Assembly: GCA_964016885.1 (NCBI GenBank)
Contig: OZ024753.1
Location: 37,014,001 to 37,078,000 of the forward strand
Reading direction: 5' to 3'
DNA length: 64,000 bases
Origin: Eledone cirrhosa
Taxonomy: Eukaryota
Positions 29,145 to 42,300 of this stretch are shown piece by piece; the first letter of the stretch is position 1, and each line of letters begins with the position of its first letter. The notes under the pieces are model-generated. The model was not told where the DNA came from. It made no database searches and worked only from the letters and a program-made list of their open reading frames with translations. The position numbers and the translations under genes are program-made.

Positions 29145-29265
29145 CGTGATGCCTTCTACATCCATGAGAATAGCAAAGTTTGTCAAATGGTTGCAGCGAC
29201 ATTTTGTTTGGTAAACATCTGAGCTTATCATATGACATCCCTTTTGTGACCAATATGGTCTGGAG
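29145..29265 (-). CDS. aGPCR exon: GPS second half and Stachel (WSQKGC...CRCNHL|TNFAILM)
   Basis: tgtag/gtaatg, phase 2-0; canonical H-L-T autoproteolysis consensus. Confidence 0.95.
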
Positions 29266-29459
29266 CTACAACAAAATAAGAGCATAAATATATATGTAAT
29301 GTATGTATGTATGTATGTGTGTCTATATATAATGTATGTATGTATGTGTGTCTATATGTGTGTCTATATATAGGTATATATGCATGTATATATATGTATA
29401 TATATATATATGTGTGTGTGAGTGTGTGTGTGTGTATGTATATGTATGCATATGTATGA

Positions 29460-29522
<63 letters not shown>

Positions 29523-29587
29523 TCATGCACTAAAGCGATTATGGTGAAGTAACCCTGTCTTAACAACCTTTAATATACATATATTTT

Positions 29588-29637
<50 letters not shown>

Positions 29638-29702
29638 TCATGCACTAAAGCGATTATGGTGAAGTAACCCTGTCTTAACAACCTTTAATATACATATATT
29701 TT

Positions 29703-29752
<50 letters not shown>

Positions 29753-29817
29753 TCATGCACTAAAGCGATTATGGTGAAGTAACCCTGTCTTAACAACCTT
29801 TAATATACATATATTTT

Positions 29818-29821
<4 letters not shown>
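29523..29821. repeat. Three identical ~70-bp units separated by (TA)n
   Basis: TCATGCACTAAAGCGATTATGGTGAAG...TTTTATG x3. Confidence 0.9.
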
Positions 29822-29867
<46 letters not shown>

Positions 29868-29870
<3 letters not shown>

Positions 29871-32073
29871 TGTACTAAACGACGATGGCACACTTGCCAT
29901 CACCGACGCTGATAAGAAGGTAGCTTGGAAGTGTCACTATGAAAGGCTACTAAATGAGGAGAATAAATGGGAGAAAGACAGTCTCCCCCATATCGACCCA
30001 ATAGAGGGACCAGCAGTGTTAGTCGAGGGGAGTATAATAAGTAAGGCAATCAAGGATATGAAGACGGGTAAGGCGGCTGGGCCTTCAGAAATAGTTGCTG
30101 AGATGCTGAAGGCATCTGGCACGGTGGGACACACCATGGTCACCCGCATAGTTAACCAAGTCGTACAGAATGGGGTTGTTCCGAAGGACTGGCATAGCAG
30201 CATCATCGTTAACTGTTATAAGGGTAAAGGAGACGCCCTAGATAGGAGTAACTATAGAGGCATTAAATTAATCGACCAGGTCATGAAGGTCACGGAAAAA
30301 GTAATAGCGCAACTAATCAGAGAGAGAATTGACCTAGATGAAATGCAGTTCGGGTTTGTGTCAGGCAAAAGTACCACAGACGCTCTTTTCATAGTATGAC
30401 AACTACAGGAGAAGTACCTAGCTAAAGGTAAACCCCTCTACTTAGCTTTTGTCGACTTGGAGAAAGCCTTCGACAGAGTCCCCCGCTCCATTATCTGGTG
30501 GGCTCTTAGAAAACTAGGCGTTGACGAATGGCTTGTGAGGGCTATACAAGCCATGTATAAAGAAACAGTCAGCAAGGTTAGAATTAACAACGAATATAGT
30601 GAAGAGTTTAGCGTAAAAGTTGGCGTCCATCAGGGCTCTGTTCTCAGCCCCCTACTATTTATTATTGCCCTTCAGGCTATAACAGAGGAGTTCAAGACAG
30701 GCTGCCCATGGGAACTCCTATACGCAGACGACCTGACACTCATAGCGGAATCAATGGCCGAGCTAGAGAAGAAATTCCAAACATGGAAGCACGGCCTAGA
30801 GTCAAAAGGACTTAAAATTAACCTGGCTAAGACCAAAGTTCTAGTTTGTAGGAAAGAAAACAAGGCGGCGGTCCCTTCTGGGAAATGGTCGTGCTCGGTG
30901 TGTAGGAAAGGCGTAGGTAGAAACTCCATTTTATGTCCTAAATGCAAAGTATGGGTGCATAAAAGATGTAGTGGGATCACAGGTAAGCTAACTAAGAACA
31001 TAGATTTTACATGTGGCCGGTGTTCTGGTGCAATAAGTAGCAGCAAGTGCCCACAAAATACTAGCTCTTTCAATTGCGCAGAGGGTTCTATAGAAATAGT
31101 GGACAGCTTCCGTTACCTGGGCGATAAAATCAGCAGTGGGGGAGGGTGCTCTGAAAGTACTGTAGCTAGAGTCAGAACTGGTTGGAAAAAGTTCAGAGAG
31201 CTTATACCACTATTAGCTGCTAAAGGGTTCTCCCTAAAAATGAAAGGCAGGTTGTACGATGCCTGCATACGAACAGCAATGCTGCATGGCAGTGAGACCT
31301 GGGCATTGTGTGCAGAGGATATACGCAGACTAGAGAGGAACGAAGCTTGCATGCTCCGCTGGATGTGTAACAGTAATATACGTGAACGGCAAAGCATAAA
31401 CGAACTAAGGAAAAAATTAGAGATAAGAGGGATCAGATGTTGTTTACTCGAGAGAAGGCTACGTTGGTATGGACACGTGATGCGCATGAAAGTCGATAGC
31501 TGTATAACAAAGTGCAGGGCAATAAAGATAGACGGTAGTCACGGAATAGGCAGACCTAGAAAAACCTGGGACGAGCTGATAAACTCCGACATCACACACT
31601 TACACCTCTCCAAGACAATGTCACTGGACCGAGACCTTTGGCGGTACTCAGTAACAGAGAAGACCCGCCTTACCTAAATATATAGTAAAACCTACTCCAG
31701 CCAGTAGGCATCTTTAACAAAATACACCCCGTCCCACCACCACCACCCCCACCCCATCCACACCACCCCGTTCTATGTAAAGTTATGTTGGTGCCACGCC
31801 ATCCAGGCCGAAACAAATGAGATCGTGTAGGTGTCACGACAAAAAAACACACAGTCCACGCTGTAATGTGGCCGTGTAGGCAACACGGTAAAAACCTCCC
31901 AGACCCACACTGTAAATGTGGTTGGTGTTAGGAAGGGCATCCAACTGTAGAAAACCTGCCAGACAGTCCTATGCGAGCAAGACAATCACTCTTGCCTCAA
32001 GTGGGACTACCCCCGTCCAAACCCATGCAAGCGTGGAACACGGACGTTAAACGTTGATGATGATGATGATGAT
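29868..32073 (+). mobile_element. 5'-truncated RTE-clade LINE with RT (YADD), internal PHD-like Cys/His finger, 3' UTR and (GAT)n tail
   Basis: QFGF, DLEKAFD, HQGSVLSP, YADD at 30721, RLRWYGH, GRPRKTW; one in-frame TGA at 30397; tail GGACGTTAAACGTTGATGATGAT. Confidence 0.95.
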
Positions 32074-32076
32074 ATA

Positions 32077-32519
32077 TCATCATCATCATCATCATCATCG
32101 TTTAACGTCCATCTTCCACGCTTGCATGGGTTTGGACGGGAGTTTTCCCACTTGAGGCAAGATTGGTTGTCTTGCTCGTATAGGACTGTCTGGCGGGTTT
32201 TCTATGGCTGGATGGCCTTCCTAACACCAACCACGTTTACAGTGTGGACTGGGAGGTTTTTACCGTGTAACCTACATGGCCACATTACAGCGTGGACTGT
32301 GTGTTTTTTTGTCGTGACACCTACACGACCTCATTTGTTTCGGACTGGATGTTGTGGTACCAACATAACTTCACATTGAAGGGGGTGGTGTGGATGGGGT
32401 GTATTTTTGTTAGAGGTGCCTACTGATTGTAGGTTACGCTTTGTACTTAGGCAAGGCGGGTCTTCTGTATTACTGTGTAGCGCCAAAGATCTCGGTCCAG
32501 TGACATTGTCTTGGAGAGG
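32077..32519 (-). mobile_element. 3' fragment of a related RTE, tail-to-tail with the previous copy
   Basis: Reverse complement of 31605-32073 with divergence. Confidence 0.9.
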
Positions 32520-32533
32520 TGTAAGTATATATG

Positions 32534-32570
<37 letters not shown>

Positions 32571-32592
32571 ATAAATAAAGACATTTTCTTAC

Positions 32593-32645
32593 CTGGCTGT
32601 CATGTTCCAGAAAGAACACAATGGTTTCACATGGATTGGTAAAGG
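32593..32645 (-). CDS. aGPCR exon: GPS first half (PLPIHVKPLCSFWNMTA)
   Basis: tgtag/gtaag, phase 0-2; C-x-F-W. Confidence 0.9.
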
Positions 32646-32752
32646 CTACAAGGAAAGAAAAACACTGTGAAGAGTTGAAGTATATCAATACATATATATA
32701 AATATATACAATGATATTAAATAAATGGAAACGATATTGATAAAACCCTATT

Positions 32753-32817
32753 TATTTTATTATATATATTTCAAGGGCGAGCAAGACAATTTTGGTGCGC
32801 TTTCATCAGATAAAATA
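32753..32817 (-). ncRNA. Type I hammerhead, family A variant; the plus-strand partner 32954-33018 has AAAA for GAAA
   Basis: TATTTTAT-CTGATGA-...-GAAA-TATATA-TA-ATAAAATA. Confidence 0.75.
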
Positions 32818-33718
32818 CAAAATTTGTTTTATAAATAACGACATACCCATGGAAATCAACCTTAACGGTCGGAAATTCACTGGATAGTCACCGAATTTCC
32901 GACCGTTAAGGTTGATTTCCATGGGTATGTTGTTATTTATAAAACAAATTTTGTATTTTATCTGATGAAAGCGCACCAAGATTGTCTTGCTCGCCCTTAA
33001 AATATATATAATAAAATAAATATGGTTTTATCAATATAGTTTCCATTTATTAATATCTTGGTATAAATATTTATATATATTGATAGTGTGTGGCTGTATC
33101 TGTGTGAGAGTGTGTGTGTGTGGCTGTATATCTGTGTGTGTGTGTGGCTGTATCTGTGTGTGAGTGTGAGTGTGTGTGTTGATAGTGTGTGGCTGTATCT
33201 GTGTGTGTGTGTGTGTGTGTTGATAGTGTGTGGCTGTATCTCTGTGTGTGTGTGGCTGTATCTGTGAGTGAGTGTGAGTGTGTGTGTTGATAGTGTGTGG
33301 CTGTGTGTGTGTGTGTGTGTGTGTTGATAGTGTGTGGCTGTATCTGTGTGTGTGTGTGGCTGTATCTGTGTGTGAGTGTGAGTGTGTGTGTTGATAGTGT
33401 GTGGCTGTATCTGTGTGTGTGTGTGTTGATAGTGTGAGATTGTATCTGTGTGTGTGTGTTGATAGTGTGTGGCTGTATCTGTGTGTGAATGTGTGTGTTG
33501 AGTTAAGAAAGAGGGAAAGAGAGGGAGGAGAAGAAGGAGATATATATATAGAGAGAGGGAAAGAGAGGGAGGAGAAGAAGGAGATATATATATAGAGAGA
33601 GGGAAAGAGAGGGAGGAGAAAAAAGATATATATATATATAGAGAGAGAGGGGGAAAGAGAGGGTGGAAAAGAAGGAGATATATATATATAGAGAGAGGGA
33701 AAGAGAGGGAGGAGAAAA

Positions 33719-33758
<40 letters not shown>

Positions 33759-33922
33759 CGGGAAAGAGAGGGGGAGAAGGAGGAGATATATATATAGAGA
33801 GAGGGAAAGAGAGGGAGGAGAAAAAAGATATATATATATATAGAGAGAGAGAGAGGAGAGGGGAAGAGATAGCGTGTGTGAGAAGAAAACAAGACAGAGT
33901 ATGAGTGGAGTGTTCTCCTTAC

Positions 33923-34110
33923 CTTAGTGTGTTCCATAGAAAATTCAACTGGTTCTCGAAGTACCTCGCCATGATAGTTAGCTACGGAAGCACTGATAAT
34001 CTTGCTATAGATTTTAACATCCTTTTGACCTTCCGTAGTATCAGTCTCTATAGTTGGCATTAGGTCGGGTAAACTGTTGTAGGTGACAAACACCACTTTA
34101 GCCAGACCAC
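33923..34110 (-). CDS. aGPCR exon: GAIN (KVVFVTYNSL...IYSKIISAS...PVEFSMEH)
   Basis: tacag/gtaagg, phase 1-0; S-x-I-I-S-A-S and P-V-x-F-x-x-x-H motifs. Confidence 0.92.
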
Positions 34111-34858
34111 CTGTAGAGAAAGAAGAATATGATATATATATATATATATATATATATGGCTGTACATCGTGGAAGATAGTCCGTATCATTTGTCTATTAT
34201 TTCTCCATAGTTACATTTTAAACTTATAGCCTCGTTTAAATGATTTTTTATGTGGTTGATTTATACGGACTAGGAGAGGAAATACTGTATATATTTTATC
34301 TAATAGTTCTTCAAACTTGCAATTTTATATACATGGAGGCACATGGCTTAGCGGTTAGAGCATTGGCCTTGCAATCGAAAGGTTGTGAGTTCAATTCTCA
34401 GACCGGGTGATGTGTTGTTTCCTTGAGCAAGACACTTTATTTCACATTGCTCCAGTTTACTCAGCTGTAGAAATGAGATGATAGGGACTGGGGTCCCTCT
34501 CATTCCACTGCAAAGTGGTCGTGGAGGTGCCACGGCAAAAAAGCACCCAGCACTCACTGTAAATGAGGTTGGTGTTAGGAAGGGCATCCAGCTGTAGAAA
34601 TCAAGCCAGAATCAGTTCCCGTCCCACCCTTGCAAGCAGGGAAAAAGCGGACGTAAAATGACATAATGATGAAATGATATATATATATCGAATAATGGAA
34701 AAGCGAAGTAGTTTCAGATGTTCACTTTTCCTTATTCGATATTTACTCCATCACTCCTATGTGGAATAAGTACGTTGAGTGCTTGAATTGAATTGCATCA
34801 ATGTTTACCCTAAGTATATATATATATATATATATGTGTGTATATATATATGTCTTCA

Positions 34859-34929
34859 TGTTTTATCTGATGAAAACACAAATATTATTGCATGATGATA
34901 TTTGTTTTTGAAATGCGCATAATAAAATA
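34859..34929 (+). ncRNA. Type I hammerhead, family C
   Basis: TGTTTTAT-CTGATGA-long stem II (CAAATAT/ATATTTG)-GAAA-TGCGCA-TA-ATAAAATA. Confidence 0.82.
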
Positions 34930-35602
34930 CATGGAACTCTTTTAACCATCTTTTGTTCTTATATATTATATGTGTATATATATGTATATGTATATATATA
35001 AATATATATATATATATTCACCACATATATATACAAACACACACACACAGAGTTCGGATCTAGCTGTCGAAACAACCGACGGCTCACCCGTCGGGGTCAT
35101 GACTCTTTTCTTATATATATATATGTAGCAGGTGAGTTTTATTGTAGGACAAAAAACTATGCATATATCGGAAAAGTAGCACTCAACAGTTTATTGGACT
35201 GGAGTATATATAAGAACTTTTTTAACCATCTTTTAATTTCTTCTTATATATATATATATATCATTTTCATTTCATTTCATTTTATGTCCACTTTTCCCTG
35301 CTTGCAAGGGTGGGACGGGAACTGATTCTGGCTTGATTTCTACAGCTGGATGCCCTTCCTAACACCAACCTCATTTACAGTGAGTGCTGGGTGCTTTTTT
35401 GCCGTGGCACCTCCACGACCACTTTGCAGTGGAATGAGAGGGACCCCAGTCCCTATCATCTCATTTCTACAGCTGAGTAAACTGGAGCAGTGTGAAATAA
35501 AGTGTCTTGCTCAAGGAAACAACACATCACCCGGTCTGAGAATTGAACTCACAACGTTTCGATTGCAAGGCCAATGCTCTAACCACTAAGCCATGTGCCT
35601 CC

Positions 35603-35657
<55 letters not shown>

Positions 35658-35810
35658 GTATATATATATATAAAAACATTGGCCATACAAGAACAACACT
35701 CTCTCGAAGCAGACTCACCATGCATTTACAACAAAGAGCAATTGCAACACACTTCACCATACATCACAAATATTCTATAAACAATATATTTTAAATATAT
35801 TCACACCTAC

Positions 35811-35924
35811 CATTACTAATGGATCGCAAGTTTTCAGTCGGAAGTGCAAAAGAATCTCCTTGTGATTCAAATGTTATTTCCGATTCTTTTAACTGATCTA
35901 CATCTAATACCCGCAGCTCAGCCT
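35811..35924 (-). CDS. aGPCR exon: GAIN (EAELRVLD...DSFALPTENL)
   Basis: tttcag/gtaggt, phase 1-1; LP motif; absent from the ORF track. Confidence 0.85.
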
Positions 35925-36439
35925 CTGAAAAAAAATGAAATGGAAATAAGATAAGGGTTCGTTTTTAACCCCTATGATTGTTTCCGTCGGGTTTTAAAAT
36001 GTCGTAGAAATGCCATGTGTCAATACGGTGCCCCTACAATGATGTCTGAGGTAGGGGTTATGGGAGATGTCTTATGTCTAAATTAAACATTTAGTTCATG
36101 TTTGGAATACAACGGTCTTGTCCTCTAGTTGCTTTGTTTATTGTTGGCTTTGTTTTGGAGTACATGGATGTGGATTGGGAAAGTCAGTAGAGCATCGGAC
36201 AACATGCTTCGTGGCATAGAGTTACGGCCCTCTATGTTCTGAGTTCAAATCGATCACACCAAGGTTAGCATTGTCTTTCATCCTTACAAGTTCAATAAAA
36301 TAAAGCACCAGTAATGCACTGGGGTCGATTTAATCGACTTTCCCCTCCGCCAAAATTGTTGGCCTTTTGCCAATAATTGTTCTATGTATATGGGAAGTGT
36401 ATGTGTATGTATATTTAGGGTAGTTATAGATGGTGACTA

Positions 36440-36612
36440 GACAGGTTGGAGACTTCTGGTGTCCTTGGCCCTAGGGCTACCTCCCTACTCACCACCATAG
36501 GCGCTGAGCTGGTCAGCCACGGGTGTGAGCCTCGCGAGTTGGAATGGCTCTTCCTGCGCATCTCCCTTACCATCCTCCGGGGAAACGCCTTCTCCATTCT
36601 GTCCGCCGGGGC
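36440..36612 (+). mobile_element. Remnant of an RLE-type (CRE-like) non-LTR retrotransposon 3' end
   Basis: VETSGVLG...RISLTILRGNA motif. Confidence 0.7.
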
Positions 36613-37373
36613 TGTGTGTGTGTGTGGGGGGGGGGGGGGGGGCAGCACGTGGGACCCCATTTGCTCACCATACAGAAAGATGGGGAGCGCGAGAGAGATG
36701 GGGGCGGTGACAGTGGGAGTTCGGCTCTTCCACGTTCCGACCATATCCTTGTGGTTGTGTTCATTATCTATAGAGTTCATTGGAGAATTGGCAGTATCGG
36801 TAGAGGGTTGGACACCATGCTTTCTAGTATAGTTACGTCCCTTTACATATATGCATTATATGTATATTTCATACGTACGCCTACACACATGCATATACAT
36901 ATACATACATATACACACACACATACATACACACACATATATATATATATATGCATATAAAGTTCAAGAAATGACAAAACAAGCACATTTAAGTATGTAT
37001 GCATATAAGTCATATAAGCATATGTAGGCGTGTGGGTACGTATGTATATGTCATATATGCATGTAGGTATGTATATAAGTCATATTATATCATATATACA
37101 GGCGGTGGATTGGCAGTATCGGTAGAGAGTCGGACACCATGCTTTGAAGCATAGAGTTACGTCCCTTTATGATCTGAGTTCAAATCCCGTCGAGGTTAAC
37201 TTTGCCTTTCATATCCTTACGGGGTCGATAAAATAAAGTACCAGTAATGAACTGGGTAATTGCTGGCCTTGTGCCAAAAGTAGCAACAATTCTCTATAGA
37301 GTTCATTCTATTATTCCTTTGTCACATTTGAAGATTTCACAGTCACAACTGTCTTGTTAATGTATATATTTAC

Positions 37374-37557
37374 CAATATTCTCCGTCTTTTTAACGATCA
37401 CTTCTGGTTCTTCAATAGCATGGATAAGTTTCATTGTTGCAGATTCCATAGAACTCATCAACTGAGAAGCCGATTCCACTATTTCTGCTTTGGTCATATT
37501 GTTGAAGGCTTCCGACTGATCTTTCGACATTAAATTATTCCCGATTGTCACAACATC
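37374..37557 (-). CDS. aGPCR exon: GAIN (DVVTIGNNLM...ASQLMSSME...KTENI)
   Basis: cgcag/gtaaat, phase 0-1; typical GAIN helices. Confidence 0.88.
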
Positions 37558-38339
37558 CTGCGAAAATATTGAGGAAATATACTTGGGGTAAATTTATAAA
37601 GATAATACATAAAGATTGCGTATAATACATAAAGATTGCGTTTTCCAACCTGTTAGAACTTGTGAAAGTTATGGACATTATTTTTCCTCCTGTCCTTTAA
37701 GTTATATGTGTCTACATGGTGGCTCAATGTGCTAGAAATACCAGCCAAATTTCTCTTAACCCTTTAGCATTTACATTACTCTATATTTGCTATTATATTT
37801 TCATGGTAAAGGCTTTACCTCACATAATTCTCTCACATAATACCGATTCTATGAGATTTTGATATTATTTATTTTGAGAACAATACCTTAACATCAGTAT
37901 GAGCGTCCAGTTACAGCCGGTTTGAATAGGAAGAGGTGACAGAATTCTGGCCGGATACGGCCGGTTTAAATGCTAAAGTGTTAAAATCTTATCCAGCTGT
38001 ATAAAAACACAGGCAAATTTATAATCATAAATATTGTAGTCTTACATATCTGCTAAAAAATGAGATAGGCATGGCTGGGATGTCTATTGATATAGGCGTA
38101 TTCTATCAATGTTGACTACAACAAACTGATAAACAAAATTGTTATAACCGAGGAACAAAATCTGAGATGAACAAGAAACGGGGAAGAAGGCTGTGACCGC
38201 CATCTTAAATTAATACAAACCCAAATATTTTGGGGTTCGGGAGAAAAAAGAAAAGGGAGTTCCTTCAGTGTTTGTCAGTTTTTCATGGCAATTTTCATGA
38301 TATTCTAAAGATTCTACTTTAATTTGAAAGGTTTTTTTT

Positions 38340-38379
<40 letters not shown>

Positions 38380-38606
38380 TATATCTGTATCTGACTTATC
38401 TTACTCTCCCTTTCTGTTTTTCTTCTATTTGACCGTGAGGGTAGTAGCACGCTATAAGCTTTACCCCCCTCACCAGGTAGCCTCAAGTAGACCAAATAGC
38501 CAGCACTTGAGGGCTAAAGTGGAAGATGCTAGATGGTCAGTCGTCCTCCGGTCTTTGATTTTCAGCCCCATGGATTTTATCTATTACATTCATTTATTAT
38601 ATTTCG

Positions 38607-38666
38607 AATACCTGATGATATCACCGGACTCATACGGAACCCGGTCATTGAAATGATCATAGTATT
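38607..38666 (+). ncRNA. Type I hammerhead, family I
   Basis: AATAC-CTGATGA-(ACCGG/CCGGT)-GAAA-TGATCA-TA-GTATT. Confidence 0.8.
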
Positions 38667-38741
38667 ATAAACCTTTCAAGGATTTACACAAGTCCAGCCT
38701 CCTGTCATTTTATTATAATATTATATATATATATATATATA

Positions 38742-38785
<44 letters not shown>

Positions 38786-39076
38786 AATCTTAGATAGGAA
38801 CAAAAACAGAGAGACAGTACAAATATGAGTTTATTAGATTCATGCTTTTGAGAGTATGTATATATATATATATATATATATCAAAAGTATGTCCATAGAA
38901 TCATTTGATAAAATATATACACCATTTCCTCTCCCAATAAGCATAATTAACCACATAAAAAATCAATTAGACTAGGCTATAAGAATAAAGGCTCCTATGA
39001 AGAAATATTTGATAAATAAACGACAGCAGCCTCTTCGCGGCCGACCGCCATAGAATATTTACCCAATATTTATATG

Positions 39077-39108
<32 letters not shown>

Positions 39109-39109
39109 C

Positions 39110-39140
<31 letters not shown>

Positions 39141-39171
39141 AGAGAGAGTGAAGGAATTAAGTGTGTCTTAC

Positions 39172-39363
39172 AGTAACTATGGAAGATACAGTCTCTTTGT
39201 TAGGTTTAGAAGAGAAATCCAAGGAGTTGCTCAAGTGTTTAAAGAATTTCGATGCGACGACATAATCTTCTACTGACATTTTCGGTTTGGATGTAACATT
39301 AACCAATGCTTTGGAGACCTCAACTTTTCCTTGGTTTGTACCATGAGACAAACTTGAAGCAGC
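39172..39363 (-). CDS. aGPCR exon: GAIN subdomain A
   Basis: tatag/gtaag, 64 codons, phase 0-0. Confidence 0.85.
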
Positions 39364-39397
39364 CTATAAAATAACAAAAGCATATTAGATTAAGCCC

Positions 39398-40300
39398 ATA
39401 CTGTAAAGTGGTCGTGTAGGTGTCAAGGCAAAAAGTACCCAATCCACACTGTAAAGTGGTCATGTCGGTGTCACAACAAAAGCACTCAGTCTACACTGTA
39501 AAGTGGTAGTGTAGGTATCAACACAAAATGCAGCCGGTCCACACTGTAAAGTGGTCATGTCGGTGTCACAACAAAAGCACTCAGTCTACACTGTAAAGTG
39601 GTAGTGTAGGTATCAACACAAAATGCAGCCGGTCCACACTGTAAAGTGGTCATGTCGGTGTCACAACAAAAGCACTCAGTTTACACTGTAAAGTGGTAGT
39701 GTAGGTATCAACACAAAATGCAGCCGGTCCACACTGTAAAGTGGTCATGTCGGTGTCACAACAAAAGCACTCAGTCTACACTGTAAAATGATTGTGTAGG
39801 TGTCAAGACAAAAAGCACCCAGTCCCTACTGTAAAGCGGTCATGTCGGTGTCACGACAAAAGCACCCAGTCCACACTGTAAAGTGGTTGTGTAGGTGTCA
39901 CGACGAAAAACACCCAGTCCACACTGTAAAGTGGTTGTGTAGGTGTCACGACAAAAGCACCCACTCCACACTGTAAAGTGGTTGTGTAGGTGTCACGACA
40001 AAAAGCACCCAGTCCACACTGTAAAGTGGTTGTGTAGGTGTCACGACGAAAAACACCCAGTCCACACTGTAAAGTGGTTGTGTAGGTGTCACGACAAAAG
40101 CACCCAGTCCACACTGTAAAGTGGTTGTGTAGGTGTCACGACAAAAAGCACCCAGTCCACACTGTAAAGTGGTTGTGTAGGTGTCACGACGAAAAACACC
40201 CAGTCCACACTGTAAAGTGGTTGTGTAGGTGTCACGACAAAAAGCACCCAGTACTCACTGTAAATGAGGTTGGGATTAGGAAGGGCATCTAGCTGTAGAA
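39398..40300 (+). repeat. Minisatellite of about 18 units of 47-48 bp derived from the RTE/SINE 3' UTR
   Basis: CACTGTAAAGTGGTTGTGTAGGTGTCACGACAAAAAGCACCCAGTC repeats running into the normal tail GTAAATGAGGTTGG..AGGAAGGGCATC. Confidence 0.92.
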
Positions 40301-40528
40301 ACCAAGCCACAATCAGTTCTGTATGACCAAGACATGGTCACCTGACCTAGCATTGCCCACAGCAGGACAACTCGTCAGGCCTGGAGAAGGATGGGCTCCT
40401 CCAGGTTTAAAATGCCCCCAAAACGTTGTACGTAATACTCTATCAGGAGTTACGGGACCATACATACAAAGGCAAAATTGACTAAGGTGACAGTTTTGTA
40501 TATTAAAAACTAAAAGAGAAATACTTAC

Positions 40529-40629
40529 TGTTGTCAGGAAATTCTGTATCTCTTGAGAAGTACAATCATTAATATCGTGAAACTCTTCCCAGCAGGCTGG
40601 GTAATTGTTGCAATTTCTGTATGCCATAT
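40529..40629 (-). CDS. aGPCR exon: HormR end (MAYRNC...CWEE...DCTS)
   Basis: ctcag/gtaagt, phase 1-0; A-x-R-x-C...W...CTS pattern. Confidence 0.88.
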
Positions 40630-41018
40630 CTGAGATAGACAGATAGAGAAAGATAAATAGTTAGATAGATTGGAGAGTTAGATAGATTGGAGAGTTAGAT
40701 AGATTGGAGAGAGGGAGTAAGATGGAGAGAAAGATAAAGAAGGTTGAAAGGATATATATATATATATGAGCGGGATTTGTCCTTGTGTTTGTGTTTCTCT
40801 CACGTTTTCTTAATAATTGTTTCTACTTTTGGCACAAGGCCAGAAATTACCCAGTACATTACTGGTACTTTATTTTATCGACCCCGTAAGGATGAAAGGC
40901 AAAGTTAACCTCTGCGGGATTTGAACTCAGAATGGAACGTTTTCTTAATAATATTTATTAGTAACCACCCAGCGCCGTTCTCTCTTTTTAATTCATATAT
41001 ATATATATATACTCTTTT

Positions 41019-41100
<82 letters not shown>

Positions 41101-41234
41101 GCCTGGAGAGCGCACCTACGACGCCCCAGGAGTTACGGGACCATACCATATATATGTGTATGTGCTTTAAAAAGAGGGAGAGAGAAAGAGACAGAGATAG
41201 TAAAATTAAAGTACAAGAAATAAAAGATACTTAC

Positions 41235-41534
41235 TCCTTCCCGATGGACAAGGCACCACGGCGTGCTGGCCAGCTGCAGTACGTGGCCATTTTATATTCA
41301 ATAGAATGTTTTCAGGGCAGTAACCATCTTCACTAACCGCTACCACTTTACCACTAGCATAAGAACACACATCTCTGCCAACCACAATTGTTGAAAAGGT
41401 CGACGGATCGTCGTAAGTCGATGGTGTTTTGCGAGAGTTAGTAAAACTGGTATCTGGGTGATTATTATTTGCAGATTTTGTTGTTTGAAGACGAGTTGAT
41501 TCACTGCTAGAAGTAAGCGACATGCGGGTACCAG
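41235..41534 (-). CDS. aGPCR exon: Ser/Thr-rich stalk and start of HormR (CPENILLNIKWPRTAAGQHAVVPCPSG)
   Basis: gacag/gtaagt, phase 1-1; W-P-x-T...PCP HormR motif. Confidence 0.9.
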
Positions 41535-41561
41535 CTGTCAAATAAATAAACGTTATATATA

Positions 41562-41770
41562 CAGGGTGTTTCAAAAAATTCGATATCAATGACCTGTTCC
41601 GAAGGTTATCATATTGAAATATATATTGAGAATTAATATTATAACATGGACATGTTTTGAGGAATAAATCTTGGAAGCTACAAGGAACCTGCTTAGTCTC
41701 ATTGTCCTAGACCGTGTAGTTTCTGGGATATTTACATCTCAAATGATATTAAATTTTTTGAAACACCCAT
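41562..41770. mobile_element. Tc1/mariner-type MITE; shorter similar elements at 46674-46753 and 58640-58726
   Basis: GGGTGTTTCAAAAAATT / AATTTTTTGAAACACCC inverted ends with TA flanks. Confidence 0.75.
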
Positions 41771-42216
41771 AACTGTAGAAAGGGTAGCATCAATGGCAGT
41801 GCCCCAGCATGGCCTCAGCCTGTTGGGTGGAACACGTAATAGATAAATATACTAACTTATATATATATATTCTGTACTTATAATAAATATTTACTCTACG
41901 GATTATATATATATATATATATACTATAAATTATGTCCTTAGAATCATTTGATAAGATATATACTCAATTTCCTCTCCCAATTAGCATAATCAACCACAC
42001 AAAAAACCAATTAAACCAGGCTATAAGATTAAAAGGCACCTGTGAAGAAATAATAGATAAATAAACGATAGCCGTCTATTCGCTATCAACAGCCATAGAA
42101 TATTTACCCAGCATTTCAATAGCACGTGGAAATCGATTAAATATATCGACAACCATACACAATTAGGTATAAAATTAAAGTTAGAAGAAAAAATGCATAT
42201 ACACATACCAGGATTA

Positions 42217-42300
42217 CGTTTCTACCCTTTAGGGTTTCGTTCGCTTTCGGAAATATCCTATCAAGGATAAATTCTCGAGCTTCGAATTCATCAGGAAACA
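42217..42300 (-). ncRNA. Type I hammerhead, family J, with paired stem III
   Basis: TGTTTC-CTGATGA-long stem II-GAAA-CCCTAAAGGG-TA-GAAACG. Confidence 0.85.

Noticed and set aside
30672-31487. Minus-strand ORFs of 133 and 124 aa
   Set aside because: Antisense shadows of the RTE reading frame.
39398-40300. CRISPR-like regular repeat
   Set aside because: No unique spacers, no cas genes, eukaryotic intron; it is a tandem minisatellite.
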